Assembly (NCBI GenBank): GCA_004431415.1
Contig: QPMI01000119.1
Span: 18,645 to 82,644, forward strand
Length of the DNA: 64,000 nucleotides
Direction of reading: 5' to 3'
Source: Cyanophora paradoxa CCMP329
Lineage: Eukaryota > Plantae > Glaucophyta
Part shown: positions 52,340-64,000 of the stretch, one piece after another
How the letters are laid out: each line of letters opens with the position of its first letter
Position numbering within the stretch: position 1 is the first letter of the stretch
Position numbers and translations under genes: made by a program
The notes under the pieces: generated by a model
Database searches by the model: none
Told to the model about the DNA's origin: nothing
The model's input: the letters and a program-made list of their open reading frames with translations, nothing else

Positions 52340-54067
52340 TCAGAGCCAGTCGCGGGGGTTGGTGCAGGCGTCGAGGAGGTCGGCCTCGGGGGAGCCGGCG
52401 GGGGGCTTGTGGTCGTACTCCCAGCGGGCGGTGAGGGGCAGGCTCATCTGCGCCCCGGGGCCCCCTCACTCGGCCGAGGCCGCTTGGCGCGGGGCGGGCG
52501 GGGCGGGGCGGGGCGGGGCGGACGAGGATGGACTCGATGCGGCCGCCGGTGCGGAGGCCGAAGGTCGTGCCGCGGTCGTAGACGAGGTTGAACTCGACGT
52601 AGCGCCCGCGCCGGATCTGCTGCCACTCCTTCTGCTCCGGCGTGTACGCCGTGTCGATCCGCTTGCGCATCACCGGCACGTACGCGTCCAGCACCGCCCC
52701 CGCGCACGACCGCTGGAACGCCAGGATGTCCTCCTGCTCGGGAGCTCGAGGGCAGGCGGGGGCGGGGGCGGGGGGCGGGGCGGGGGGCGGACGGGGTTGC
52801 GGTCGTTCTGGTCATCGAAGAAGATGCCGCCGAGGCCGCGGCGCTCGCCGCGGTGCTTGATCAGGAAGTACTCGTCGCACCACTTCTTGAACTTGGGGTA
52901 GTACTCCGGGTCGTGCTTGTCGCACGCCGCCTTGAGCGTCCCGTGGAAGTGCTTCATGTCCTCCGGGTACACGTACGACGGCGTCTGCGCCCCGCCGCCG
53001 TCGGCCCCCGCGCGGACGCCGGGCGGGTGCGAGGAGGAGGGAGGGCGCACGATGTCCGTGCCGCCGCCGAACCACCAGAGGGCGGGCGTGTCCTTGCCGT
53101 CGCCCGTCTGCAGCGCCGGGCCGTCGGCGGGACGCGGCGGGGCCCGAGGGGCGACGGCGGACCTCGAAGTAGCGGTAGTTGAAGTGCATCGTCGGCGCGT
53201 GCGGGTTCCACGGGTGGAGCACCGAGCTGATCCCCGCTGCGCCCCGCGCGTCGGGCTGTGCCCCGCGGCGGGCGGGGCGGGGCGGGGCGGGGACGGACAG
53301 GCGAAGAAGGGGACGTTCTCGTTGCTGATGTTGGAGCCGTCGCCGTTGAGGCGCGTGGTCGCCTGGCGCACCGCCTCCGGGGGCATGGTGCCGTACACCA
53401 CCGACACGTTCACGCCGGCCTTCTCGAAGACGCGCCCGTTCTGCCCGCGCCCGTCGCCAAAAGGAAGGAAAGAGCGATGGCAAAGCTTCGCGCACCGTGA
53501 GGACGCGGGAGATGCCGCCGCCGCCGCCGGGGCGGGTCCACGCGTCCTGGCGGAAGGTCGCCTCGCCGTCGAGCTCCTCCAGGCCCTTGCAGATCATGTC
53601 CTGTCCCTCCGCCGTTCACGGCGCCGCCGGAGAGAGGTGGGAGCGCGGCGCGATCGCACCTGCGCCTCGCGGTAGAGCTGCTCGACCTTGGCGCGCATGT
53701 TGCTCGGGGCCGACTCGGCCCCGCTCCGCAGGAAGCTGTCCGGCACGACCTGCATCCAGACGCGCGGACGACGTCAGTCGACGTCGCGCTGCGGCGTGCG
53801 GGGAGGCCGCACGTCCGTCGCCACATGCTCCTCAATCCCCTTCTGCTGGGCGGGGGCGGCCTCGGCGCGGGCGCCGGCGAACTGGCGGCCAGCAACGAAG
53901 CTAGCACGCTTGCCGACGGCCGGGAGGGACCCAGCGAAGAAGCTGGAGTGCCGGGCAGAAGTGATCTTGCTGCGCGGCGGCTGGCATGCCTTCCGCGAGC
54001 TGGACGAGATTCCAGAAGCGCGTGCCGACACCACCGCGGGCGCCGGAACGAGGAACGCCGACTCCAT
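52340..54067 (-). CDS. CPOX: Oxygen-dependent coproporphyrinogen III oxidase with plastid transit peptide (multi-exon)
   Basis: [52 protein letters not shown]. Confidence 0.96.
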
Positions 54068-54125
54068 AGTTGTGGCGGAGCGGATCAGATCTTCCCGACG
54101 CTCTACCCCGGCTTGCTTAAAAAAA

Positions 54126-54973
54126 ATGGCCGCCGCTGGGAAGTGCGTCGTGTGCTCGACGGCGGACGGCAAGTACAAGTGTGAGCACCGCGCTCGCGTT
54201 GCACGCCACCTCCGACCCGGCCTGCGTCGCCGGTCGCCGCTCGCCTCGCTGACTGTCGTCCCGCCGCGCAGGCCCCACGTGCCGAGCAAAGTAGTGCGTT
54301 TCACGTACGCCGTCTTGACGCCTCGCGCGGCTGATCGCAGCGCGAGCGCAGCTGCTCCGTAGACTGCTACAAGACGCACAGGCAACAACCCTGCGATCCG
54401 GCACCAGCGCAGCAATCGGCACCGGGACCGTCCTTAAAGCCGCACTGGGGTGAACCGCGTCGCGGCCGCCGCCCGCGAGATCGAGCGGCCAGTTGCCGAC
54501 GCCGGCGCAGGGCCCGGGTCGGCGGAGCGGGATCGGGACCCGCAGCTCTTCCCCGATGAGGAGGAGTTTAAGAAGCTGACGCCGGAGCAGCTGGAGAGGC
54601 TCGGTGCGTGCCAGCGCCGCGCGCTGCGGCCGCGAGCGGCGGGCCTGAGGCGCGGCAGACGCGTTCGCGGAGCGGGCGGTGGAGCTGCGGAGCGAGCGGC
54701 TGCGGGGGGAGATCCGGCGGATCGACGGGGCGCGGGGCCCCGGGGAGAAGGAGCGCCTCCTCGACGCCGCCCTCGCCGTCCCCGAGTTCGCGCAGGCCCG
54801 CCCCGCCCCTCCCCGCCCCGCTCCAGCCCGCCCGGTTCGCGTGCGCGCGGGGCCGAGCGGCGAGGGCGCAGGCGGTGGAGGAGATGCTGGTGGCCGTGGG
54901 CCTGCGCGAGGCCCGCGCCCCGGGGCCCCTCGCCCAGGCCCTCCAGCAGGCCGCAGACGCAATTCCCCCGTAG
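54126..54973 (+). CDS. ZNHIT3: Zinc finger HIT domain protein (multi-exon)
   Basis: C.VC....KYK / CPTC / CSVDCYKTH plus LRGEIRRID...PEFAQ C-terminal domain. Confidence 0.78.
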
Positions 54974-55031
54974 TCTCTCAATTCACACGGGCGGGCACCT
55001 CGGCGGGGGCGGAGGTGAGGGCGAGGGCGAT

Positions 55032-57368
55032 CTAGGTCGCCCACGCGGCGGACTTGCTGCGCGGGGAGCGCAGGCGCCTCGCCGCGGCGGCTGCGGGGCG
55101 TGAGGGGCGGCGCGGGGCGGGGGCCGGGGCCGGGGCGTGCACCGAGGGCCGACGCGAGGGAAGGCTTGAGCTTCTTCGCGGCCGGCGGCGTGGAGGGCGC
55201 CGCCGGGGCCCCCGAGCTTGTGCTCGAATCCGAGGGGGCCTCACGCTCCTCCTCCGACAGGGCCTCCGCCGCGGGCGGCCCCTCCGACACTGCGGCCCCC
55301 GCCGGCCCCGCGGCACCCTCGGCGGGGGCGGGGGCGGGGCGGCCTCCTCGCCGGGGCGGCCTCGGGGCGGGGAGGAAGGCGAGGCGGAGGCGGAGGCAGC
55401 CCGAGCGGGCCCCGCGCAGAGGCACCCACAGCTCCCGCCCCGCCCCGCCGCCCCGGCCCCGGCCCGGCCTCCGCCAGCCACGCCCCAGGCTCCGCCAGCA
55501 GCGCCGTCGTCAGGTCCACCTGCCTGCCGTCGGGAGAGGGCGGGGCGGGGGCGGGGGCGGGCGGGGCGGGCACGGAGGCGTGGCCGAGGGGCCGGTGGGG
55601 CCCGAGGCGGCCCCACTTGCGCAGGCGGAGCTCGAGGCGGGCCGGCCAGTCCCCCGCCGCCACCGGCAGCGCGAAGCGCGCGTCCCACGCCGCCCCGCCC
55701 TCCTGCGCCCCGCTCGCGGGGCGCCGGGCGGGGCGGCGCGGGGCGGCGGGCGGCGGGGCCGGACGGGGAGGGGGCGGGAGGCGAGGACGTGTGCGTCGCG
55801 CGGGGCGGCGCCGGCGGCGAGGAGGCGGAGCTCGCAGTAGGCGTCCCCCGCCCCTGCGCCGCCTCAGCTGCGGCGGCGGGGCCGGGGCGGGGCGGGGGCG
55901 GGGGCGGGCCGGAGGGTCGGGAGGGCGAGGGCGCGGGCCTCCAGCAGCTCCACCTGCACCGTCCCCGCCCGCCCCTCCCCGCGCCCCGCCCCTGCCCCTG
56001 CCCCCGCCCACCCCGCCCCGCCTCGAGCTCCCCGCCCGCCCGATAGCGCGCGGGGCGCGGCCGGCGCACCGGCGGGGGGTCGAGGGGAGAGTCGCTGGGG
56101 GAGGAGCGGGAGGCGGCGGGGCCAGACGGCGGTCTCGCGGAGGGCAGCGGCGGCCGCCCCCTTCACCGCCCGCGCCAGCAGCGGCAGGTCCGTCAGCCTG
56201 CGCGCCCGTCCATCGTCGGGGGCGGGGCGGGAGGGGGCGGGCGGGAGGGCGGGGGCGGACTCGAGGGAGAGGGGCGCCGGGGCGGGGAGGCGGAGGTCGA
56301 AGGAAGGGTCCCCGACAAAAGAGAGCGATGCCCCGGGCAGCGCCAGCGGCGCCAGCGGCCCCGCCCCCGGAGCGCCCGCCTCGGGCGCCTCCAGCCCGTC
56401 TTGGAACCCCACTCGCAGACGCGCCTGCGCGGGGCCGGCTTGGAACTCTAAGAGGGGCCGAGGGGCGGGAGACGAGCGCGGACCGTGCCGCTGATGGCGC
56501 TGATCTTTACGGTGCACGGCACGCGCCCGAGCCGCGTGGACGCCAGCACCTGCAGCCGCGCCGTCTGCCCCGCCTCAGGTCAGCCCCGCGCCAGGCCCGA
56601 GGTCGCGGGCGGAGCTGGGAGAGGAAATGCCTCAAGGAAGAAGATAGCTTCGACCTCGAAGGAGGGCGTGTGCGTCTCGAGGGCGCGCAGCTCGGAGAGG
56701 CGCGGCGGCCCCTTCGGCAGCTCCACCGATAGGAGTTCAAGCGCGCCGAGCCCGTGCGGGAGGCGCGCCGCCGCGAAAGGTGCCCGCATCACCTCTCGGA
56801 GCTGTTCCTCCACCAGCGGCGCGTACCAGCCCCATCCGCTTGGGGCGCGAAAAGCAGAATCCACGTGAAAAAGCAGAATGGGACAGGGTGGGCGGGAAAC
56901 GCGAAATTGCGGCTCGATGACGTCGACTCGTAGGGAGGCCGAGCACATCGCACAGCGGCTAGACAAGGAGGTGGAGGGCGCGGAGAGGGCGATCTCCTCG
57001 CTGAAGGCGGAGCTGACGGAGGCGCAGAAGGAGGCGCAGAAGCTCGCCGGGGATCGCGCCAGGGACCAGCGTCGTATCCCTTCTTCTCAGGCCAGCGCCG
57101 CGGGGGCGTCGACAGCGGCGCTGAGCTTTACGGTGCATCCCCGTCGCAGCCAGTACGCGCTCTCCCCGCCAGCATCCTCGTTCGGCTCGCCCAGCTTGCC
57201 GGAACGATGCACGAGCTGCGAGCGCCGCGCGTCCTTCCTGCGCGCCGAGCGGGCCACCCCGAGAGCAAGGTACAGCAGAGCGCTGAGCGCCGCCAGGCCC
57301 ACGTTCAGCCTTCCGAGCGCGTACGCTGCGACTGCCGCGAGCGCTAGCGCCGCTTCCGACCAGAGCAT
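55032..57368 (-). CDS. SMP + C2 domain membrane protein (synaptotagmin/tricalbin-like); exons approximate
   Basis: N-terminal hydrophobic hairpin, ESAYWL, LTDLPLL...VWPRRL, VQVELLEARAL...DAYCEL...WDARF. Confidence 0.6.
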
Positions 57369-57478
57369 CGCGTTATCGCGACGGCTTGAACGCTTGCGGC
57401 AGCAAGGCCGCGGAATCGCTCTACCCCTCTACACGGGATTCGGCGACTCGCCGCAGAGCGCGGCCGCAGTGGGGCGCG

Positions 57479-59577
57479 ATGGAGTTCATAGACCCGCATT
57501 TTGATGCCCTTTCGAAAATCGCGGGCTTCCCCGTCGATCAGGTCGGTCGCGCGCGCAGGATTACGCGAGCGCAGACGGGGGGCTAAGCCGCCGCGCCGGG
57601 AAGCGATTCGATCGCAACGCACGCGTGTGGTCTGACTGCCCGATTACGCGCGCGTGCCCCGCGCAGGTCCGCTATGTCGCGTGTCTCCTCCTCGCATATC
57701 CGGCGGCGGGCATCCACAAGCTCCTGCCGAGCGCGACGGTGAAGCACATCTACTCGATCGTCGTCGGGCTCTTCTTCGGGTACCTCTGCCTTCGCGAGGA
57801 CATCGTGCACAGCTTCGCCGTCGCCCTGGGCTCCTACTTCCTCGTGAAGCTGGGCCCCGCGCGCTACTCGCACGTGCTCGTGATGATGTTCGCGCTCTCG
57901 TACCTCTCCGTGAGCCACATCTACCGCATGTACAAGAACTACATGGGCTGGGAGCTCGACTTCACGGGTGCGATCCCCACGCGCCCTCGCCGCCGCTTCG
58001 CCGCCGCGCCGGCGAGGGCGATCGGCTCGGCGCGCAAACATCCCGAAACGACGCGCTGAGGTGGGCGGCGCGCGCAGGGCCCCAGATGATCCTCACGCTC
58101 AAGGTCTCGAGCTTCGCGTTCAACGTGTGAGCGCCGCCCGCCGCGGTGCCAGCGCCGGCGGGGCGCCGCCAAAACGGCCGGGGCGCAGGTATGACGGGCG
58201 GGCGAACAAGAAGGCGACGGCCGAGCAGGAGGCGCGCGCGCTGAAGCGCATGCCGACCCTCCTCGAGGTGCGCGCCGCGCCGCCGCCCGCCGCTGGCCGG
58301 GCGCGCCGGGGCCGGGGCCGACGCGGGGGCAGTACCTGGGGTACGTGTACTTCTTCGGGGGCTTCCTGGCGGGCCCGGCGTTCGAGGTGCGGGAGTACAT
58401 CGAGTTCAGCGACCTGACCGCCTTCAAGGCCGACAAGGATGACAAGCGGCCCCGCGTCCCCTCCTCCCTCCTCCCCGCACTGTCCGCCCCGCCCCTGCAC
58501 CGCCCCGCCCCGCCCCGCCGCGCTGAGCGGAAGGCCGGGGCCGGCAGGGGCCGGATGGTGGTCTCGTTCGTGTGCCTGGGGGCGATGGTGGCGGGCGGGC
58601 AGTACACGATGTTCCGCGTCACGGACGCCAAGTTCATCGCCTCCATGCCCCTCATCGCCCTCCCCTTCTACATGTGGCTCGCCGCCTTCCTCAACCGCTG
58701 CAAGTCCGCCCGCCCCGCCCCGCCCCGCCCCGCCCCGCCCCGCGCTCCGGCCCTATGCGGGGGGGCAGGTACTACTTCGGGTGGGCGCTGGCGGAGGGGG
58801 CGTGCGTGCTCTCGGGGCTGGCGTACAACGGGCGGGACGAGCGGGGGTCGGCCAAGTGGGACCGCGTCTCCAACATGAGCATCCTCGAGATCGAGCTCGC
58901 CCAGAACGCCCGCGGCGTCATCAACAACTGGCCCGCCCCGCCCCGCCCCGCCCCGCCGCCGCCTTACCGTCCCGCCGCGCAGGAACGTCGGCACCGCCGT
59001 CTGGCTCCGCCGCTACGTGTGAGCGGCGCCGCTCTGCTCGCGCGGCGCCCGCGGGCGACTCCGACGCGGCGGGGCGCAGGTACGAGCGGGTGCCGTACAA
59101 GACGAAGCCGAACTGGCGGAACACGACGGTCACCTACTTCGTGTCGGCCTTCTGGCACGGCTTCTACCCGGGCTACTACATCTCCTTCATGACCGCCGCG
59201 CTCCTCACCGAGGCCGCCAAGATCATGCGCCGCCGCGTGCGCCCGCTCGTCATGAAGGACGAGAAGACGGGGCGGCAGCCGCTCAAGGCCCTCTACGACC
59301 TGGTCTCGTGGGTCGTCACGCACCTCTGCATGGGCGCCGCCGTCGCGCCCTTCATCCTCCTCGACTGGCACCTCGCCATCGCCGTGCGCACGCCCGTTCC
59401 GCCCCGTCCCGCCCCGCTGTGCACCGCCCGGGGCCCGACCCGCTCGCGCAGGGCTGGAGCTGCGTCTACTTCTGGCTCCCGATCGTGTGTGGGGCGGTCA
59501 TCGCCTTCAACTCGCTCGTGCCGCAGCGCCGCGCCCGCCCCGCCGGCGAGAAGAAGGTCGAGAAGAAGGCCGAATAG
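57479..59577 (+). CDS. MBOAT-family lysophospholipid acyltransferase (multi-exon)
   Basis: GPQMILTLK, GPAFE, WN...WLRRY, VSAFWHGFYPGYY; C-terminal KKAE. Confidence 0.93.
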
Positions 59578-59739
59578 CCCCCGCGCGCCCCGCGCGCCCC
59601 TAGGTATACGTAGTTGTTGCCAGGCTGTGCTTTGGCAGTACAGGTTCTATTTCACCCAGCCGCACATCGCGAACCGCACTCGTCTCGGGGGGCAGAGGGG
59701 GCGGGCCGGGGCGGGCGGGGCGGGGCCGGCTGCCGGGTC

Positions 59740-62700
59740 CTACTTTGGCTTCTTGGCGGAGGAGCTGGAGCCGGCGGCGCCGGCGCCGGGCTGCTTGCGC
59801 TTGGAGACGTTGGCGGGGGCGAGCTGCTCGGGGCGCAGAGCGTTGCTGCCGGTGAGGACGACGTGCGCCTGGCCCGTCGCCTCCTGCACTTTGCGGAAGG
59901 CCTCCAGCGTCACCGAGGGCGCGTCCGACCCCTCCGCCTTCTTCACCGCCGCCCGGTCCTGCATCTGCGAGGGCCTCAGCGCGGCTGAAGGGGGCGGGGC
60001 GGGGCGGGGCGGGGCGGGCCTTCTTGAGGCGCTTCTCCTGCTTCATCTTGCCGGGCATCTTGCCGTGGAACTTCCAGGAGATCCAGCGGAAGGCCTCCTT
60101 GGGGGTCATGTCGTTCCCGAAGTCGTCCTTGTACTCGAGCCGCAGCCGCTCCTCGGCCTTGTTGAGGTCCTTCATCGTCTTGTCGGGGCCCCGCCCGAAG
60201 TCGAGGTCGGCGTTCAGGAAGCCGCGGTTCTTGACGAGCTCCAGGGCCGCCGCCATCCCCTTCGCCACCGGGTTCTCCAGCAGGAAGCTCGTCTGCCCGC
60301 ACCGTCGGCCCGGGCGGGGCGCGGGGCAGGCGGGGCGGGGCGGGGCGGGGCGGGGGCGGGGGGGCGCACGTCTTCGTCCTGGGACTCCTCGCCGCCGCTG
60401 GCCTCCTCCTTGACGTCCGCCATCTCCGTGTCCGAGCCGGCCCCGCGCGCCGCCTTCGGGATCTGCACGCGCACAGACGCCGCCCCGCGGGCCGTCGAGG
60501 CGCCCCCGGGCAGGGCCGTCTTGCGGCCCCCGACGTCGTCCTCGAAGTACTCCTGCTTGATCTGCGCCGCCCTCAGCGCCCGCCCCGCCGCCCCGCCCCG
60601 GCGGCCCCGCGCACCTCGAGCTTGCGGACGAACTCGCCGGTGTCCGAGAAGACGATGTTCGCCTCGCCCTCGGGCGCCGCGCTCGCCGCCTCCTCCGCCT
60701 CCCGCCGCCGCGACGCCGCCACTGCCGCCCCGTCGGCCGCCGCGGCGCGGGAGCGCGGGCGGGGCGGGCGGGGCGGGCGGGCGCACTTTGGGCGAAGACG
60801 GCGGCCTCGGGCCCGCGGGTCGGGGGCGGGGGGACCTTGAAGACGCCCCCGTCGGGGGTCGGGGAGGGGGAGGCGGCCGGGGGCGGGGAGGGGGCGGCGG
60901 GGGAGGCGGAGGCGATGCGGCGGGCGCGGGCGAGGGACTTGTGGAGCTCCGCGTCGAACGCGTCCTCCTCCTCGTCCGCCAGGTCCGACTTCTCCCGCCC
61001 CGCGCCCCGCGGCGCCGGCGACCCCGACCCCGAGGTCTCCAGCAGCGCCTTGGAGACGGCGTTGGCCTTGCCCAGCGCCCGCTCGAAGCGCCGCTCCCGC
61101 TCCACGCGCTCCCGCTCCTCCCGCGCCGCCGCCTCCTCGGCCTTGGCGCCGCGCGAGCCGCGGTCGGCGCCGGCCTCGGCCCCCGTCGCCTCGTTGATCT
61201 TCTCGAGCTCGGCGACGAGCTCCGTGGTGCCCTTCTTGCGGATCTTCTTGACGACCTTCTTCTTGGGCTTGCGGAAGGCGGCGAGCTCCTCGTTCGTGTA
61301 GTAGTCGGCCGCCTCCTTCATCGTCGCCGCCGCCGGCGCCAGCGCCACGACCGTCTTGTTCGCCGGCGCCGCCGCCGCCAGCTTCGCCCGGATGCTCTCC
61401 ATCCGCGCCCGCGTCGCCTCGTCCGCCCCGCCCGCCTGGTCCAGCACGAACCCCTGCCCCCCCGCCCCCCTCGGCCCCCGCCCCGGCCAGCCCGGGGCGC
61501 GGCGCGGCGGCGCACCGCGGGCGCCTTGACCTCGTCGTACTTGGTGAGCAGCTTCTTCCCCTCCGCCTGCTGCGCGGGCCTCAGCCGGGGGCGTCGCGGG
61601 GCGGGGCGGGGCGGGGCGGGGCGGGGCGGGCCGAGGCGGGATCGTTGGGGTCGAAGGTGGCGTTGAACTCGTTGTCGTCGTAGGGCGTCGTCGTCTTCTT
61701 GGAGGCCTTGTACGCCCGCTGCCGCTTCTCCAGCTCCGCCATGCGCACGTTCTCCAGCTCGTCCGCCTCCTCGTTGACGCCGTCCGAGGAGAGGATCGCC
61801 GAGTCCTTGAGCGTCAGCACAACCGTCTCCCCCTCGCCGATCGCGTCCGCGTCGTGCGCCACCTTGAGCCCCGCAAGGTCCCCTGCCCCGCCCCGCGTCG
61901 GCCCCCGGCCCCGCCCCCGCCCCCGCCCCCGCCCCCGCCCCCGCGCACGCGACGTGTAGTTCGACTCGGCCGCGATCGCCCCCGCCACGCCGCCGACGCC
62001 CTCGGCGCCGGGCTTCCGGCGGCGGCGCTGCAGGTAGGCCGCGGCCTCCGCCTCGGCCGCCCGCTGCCGCTCGAGCTCCTCCTCCTGCTCCGCCAGCGCC
62101 CGCGCCCGCTGCGCCGCCAGCTCCTTCTCCTTCTCCCTCCGCTCCTGCTCCAGCTTCCGGCTGCGCGCCCGTCAGCAGGGCAGGGGGCGGCGCGGCGCGG
62201 CGCGGCGCGCCTCTTCTCGATCCAGGAGGCTGCCGACTCCTCCTCGCCCGCCAGCTCCTCCGCAAGGGTCTTGCCCGCGAACACCGCGTTCGCCATCCGC
62301 TTCTCCTTCGCCCTGCCCGCACCGTCACCCCTCGCGCGCGGGGCGCGGCGGCGCGGCGGCGCACTCTTGGATGCGGGCGCTCATGATGAGCTGCTCGCGC
62401 TCCTTCTTGGCCTCCTCGGCCGCCTTGATGCGCTGCTCCCGCTTCTTCTTCTCCTCCTCCTCGTTGTCCAGCTGCGCCCCGCCCCGCTCGCCCCGCGCGG
62501 CGCTGCGCCCCGCGGCGCGAGCGCGCCTTCAGGGGCTTCAGGCCGAGGAGCGCGCGGATGCGGTTGGTCTCCTCGATCGAGCACGAGACCTCGCCCGCCG
62601 CGTTCGAGACCTCGGCGCGGATCTCGAACTCCCCGCCCTCGTCGTCGTCCACCCACGGGTTCGCCTCCGTAAGCGCTCTCGTCGCAGACCCCGCTGCGTT

Positions 62701-63262
62701 TGAGTAAGTTTTGATCTGCGTTGACATCCGCGCCGCGCCACGCACCAGGCGGCGTCTTCTCGCGGCTGCGCACACGACAACGCGGTCAGCGGGGTGGACG
62801 CGTCGCGAATGTAGGAGCTAGACCGACGCTAGAACTACTCAGAATCACTCCGATCTTGCGTATTACAGGCGAGAAGCAGCACGTTTAGCCAAGCTAAGAG
62901 GAAGTCGAATGGCCTTGCCGGAAGCCCCCAACGCACCGAGAGCGGTCATCCTTCCGGTCACGGTTGTCGCGGGGATCGTCCTTCCTGCCGCTTCGGCTAT
63001 CTCGGCCGTCTCTGTCGCGCCGACCCCTGCGGAGGAGGAAACCAAGGTCATGCGAAGTCCGCGGGCTGCAGGGACACCGCGGAAGCCAGCGAAGCGGGTT
63101 CAAGCGAAGATGCGGGGTTCTGAACTACAGGGGAGGGCCGTGCACGAACCCGCGCGGGGAGCGGGACCTCGACCGACTCCGGCGACGCCGCGGCGAGCGG
63201 TCGCGATCCCTGTCATCCTTACGGCTGTCCCGCCGCGGTGAGCGGCTCCTGGAGCGAGGCAT
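59740..63262 (-). CDS. SART1: U4/U6.U5 tri-snRNP protein SART1/Snu66 (multi-exon)
   Basis: RS-rich N-terminus, SIEETNRIRALLGLKPL, VLTLKD, TPKEAFR...FHGKMPGKMKQEKRLKK. Confidence 0.92.
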
Positions 63263-63347
63263 CTCGCCACTTCCTCTTCTCCGCCTCTACCCCCGCACAA
63301 AAAAAGTCCTGCACATCGGCTTTCGTTTCGCGAGCCCGGATGTCTCT

Positions 63348-64000
63348 ATGATCGGAAGCGCGATGATGATGAGCGCGAGCGGGAACCCGTACTCGTACCT
63401 CCTCGATGCGCCCGTGGGCCTCGAGGAGGACCCGAGTGTCCAGGCCGAGTTCCTCCGTAAGCTCGCGCCTCCTGTACGTATACGCGCGTGTCCGTCTGGC
63501 TCACGGGCCCGTTCGGAACCGCTCAAGGTGCATGCGACGAGGCGGACGGCTCCCGCGTCCAGGATGTCGTGCTGACCGCCAAGCTGCCGGCCCCGGCCCT
63601 GATCTGCGGGTTCTCGCTTCACGTCCGTGGGGAGAGCTCGACGATCGCAGTTCTATCCTGTCAAGTGAAGCGGGGCAGCGACGCCAGCTCCGATGCTTAC
63701 CGGGTTCGTTGGAACGGCCGCCGTGGCGGCCTCCGGCTCAGAAGCCGCGCAGGAGCTTGCGGCCGAGGAGCTTGCAGGGTCTCCGCTGCTGGTGGGCCAG
63801 ATTCAGCGGCGGGCTATCGCCGTCGGGACGGCGCTGCGCGTGGTCGTACGCGCGCGGCTGCCCCCCGGGCCGCGGCGGACGTTCCTGACAGAGGTGGAGC
63901 TGGAGGGAGATGCCCGCGCCCCGCCCGTGCAGCCCGAGCCAGAGGCGCGCCCGCCACCGCCACCGCCCGCCGCACGGCCCCGGGCGGGGGCGAGCGCGGG
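63348..64000 (+). CDS. Probable host gene, 5' part (unknown product)
   Basis: ATG cluster divergent from SART1 with an exon-like stretch ending at GTACGT. Confidence 0.3.

Noticed and set aside
58439-61666. 1075-aa ORF and other long Arg/Pro/Gly ORFs at 50-64 kb
   Set aside because: Stop-poor GC-rich frames crossing introns or antisense to MBOAT, SART1 and CPOX

Overview
Eukaryotic (probably algal/protist) genomic DNA. The host is GC-rich with tiny (GCCCC)n/(GGGGC)n introns, and the window carries two AT-richer endogenous Polinton-like DNA viruses. Element 1 (1 to ~17.7 kb) lacks its left end in this window. Element 2 is complete: 20339-47527 (27,189 bp), with 1,175-bp TIRs, a 6-bp GCTGCC target-site duplication and 96-nt imperfect terminal hairpins. 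It is inserted in an exon of a host TRANK1-like UvrD helicase gene. Both elements encode family-B DNA polymerase, rve integrase, A32-like packaging ATPase, an NCLDV-like major capsid protein, two head-to-head penton paralogues, a patatin-discoidin lipase and a phage-like fibre with a swapped tip. No maturation protease was recognised. Element 2 also encodes a TVpol-SF3 helicase followed by a third copy of the TIR iteron array, an apparently proofreading-dead PolB, a C1q fibre cassette and an S-adenosylmethionine decarboxylase. The host flank (52-64 kb) holds CPOX, ZNHIT3, an SMP/C2 protein, an MBOAT acyltransferase and SART1. All calls come from motif reading by eye; no searches were run.
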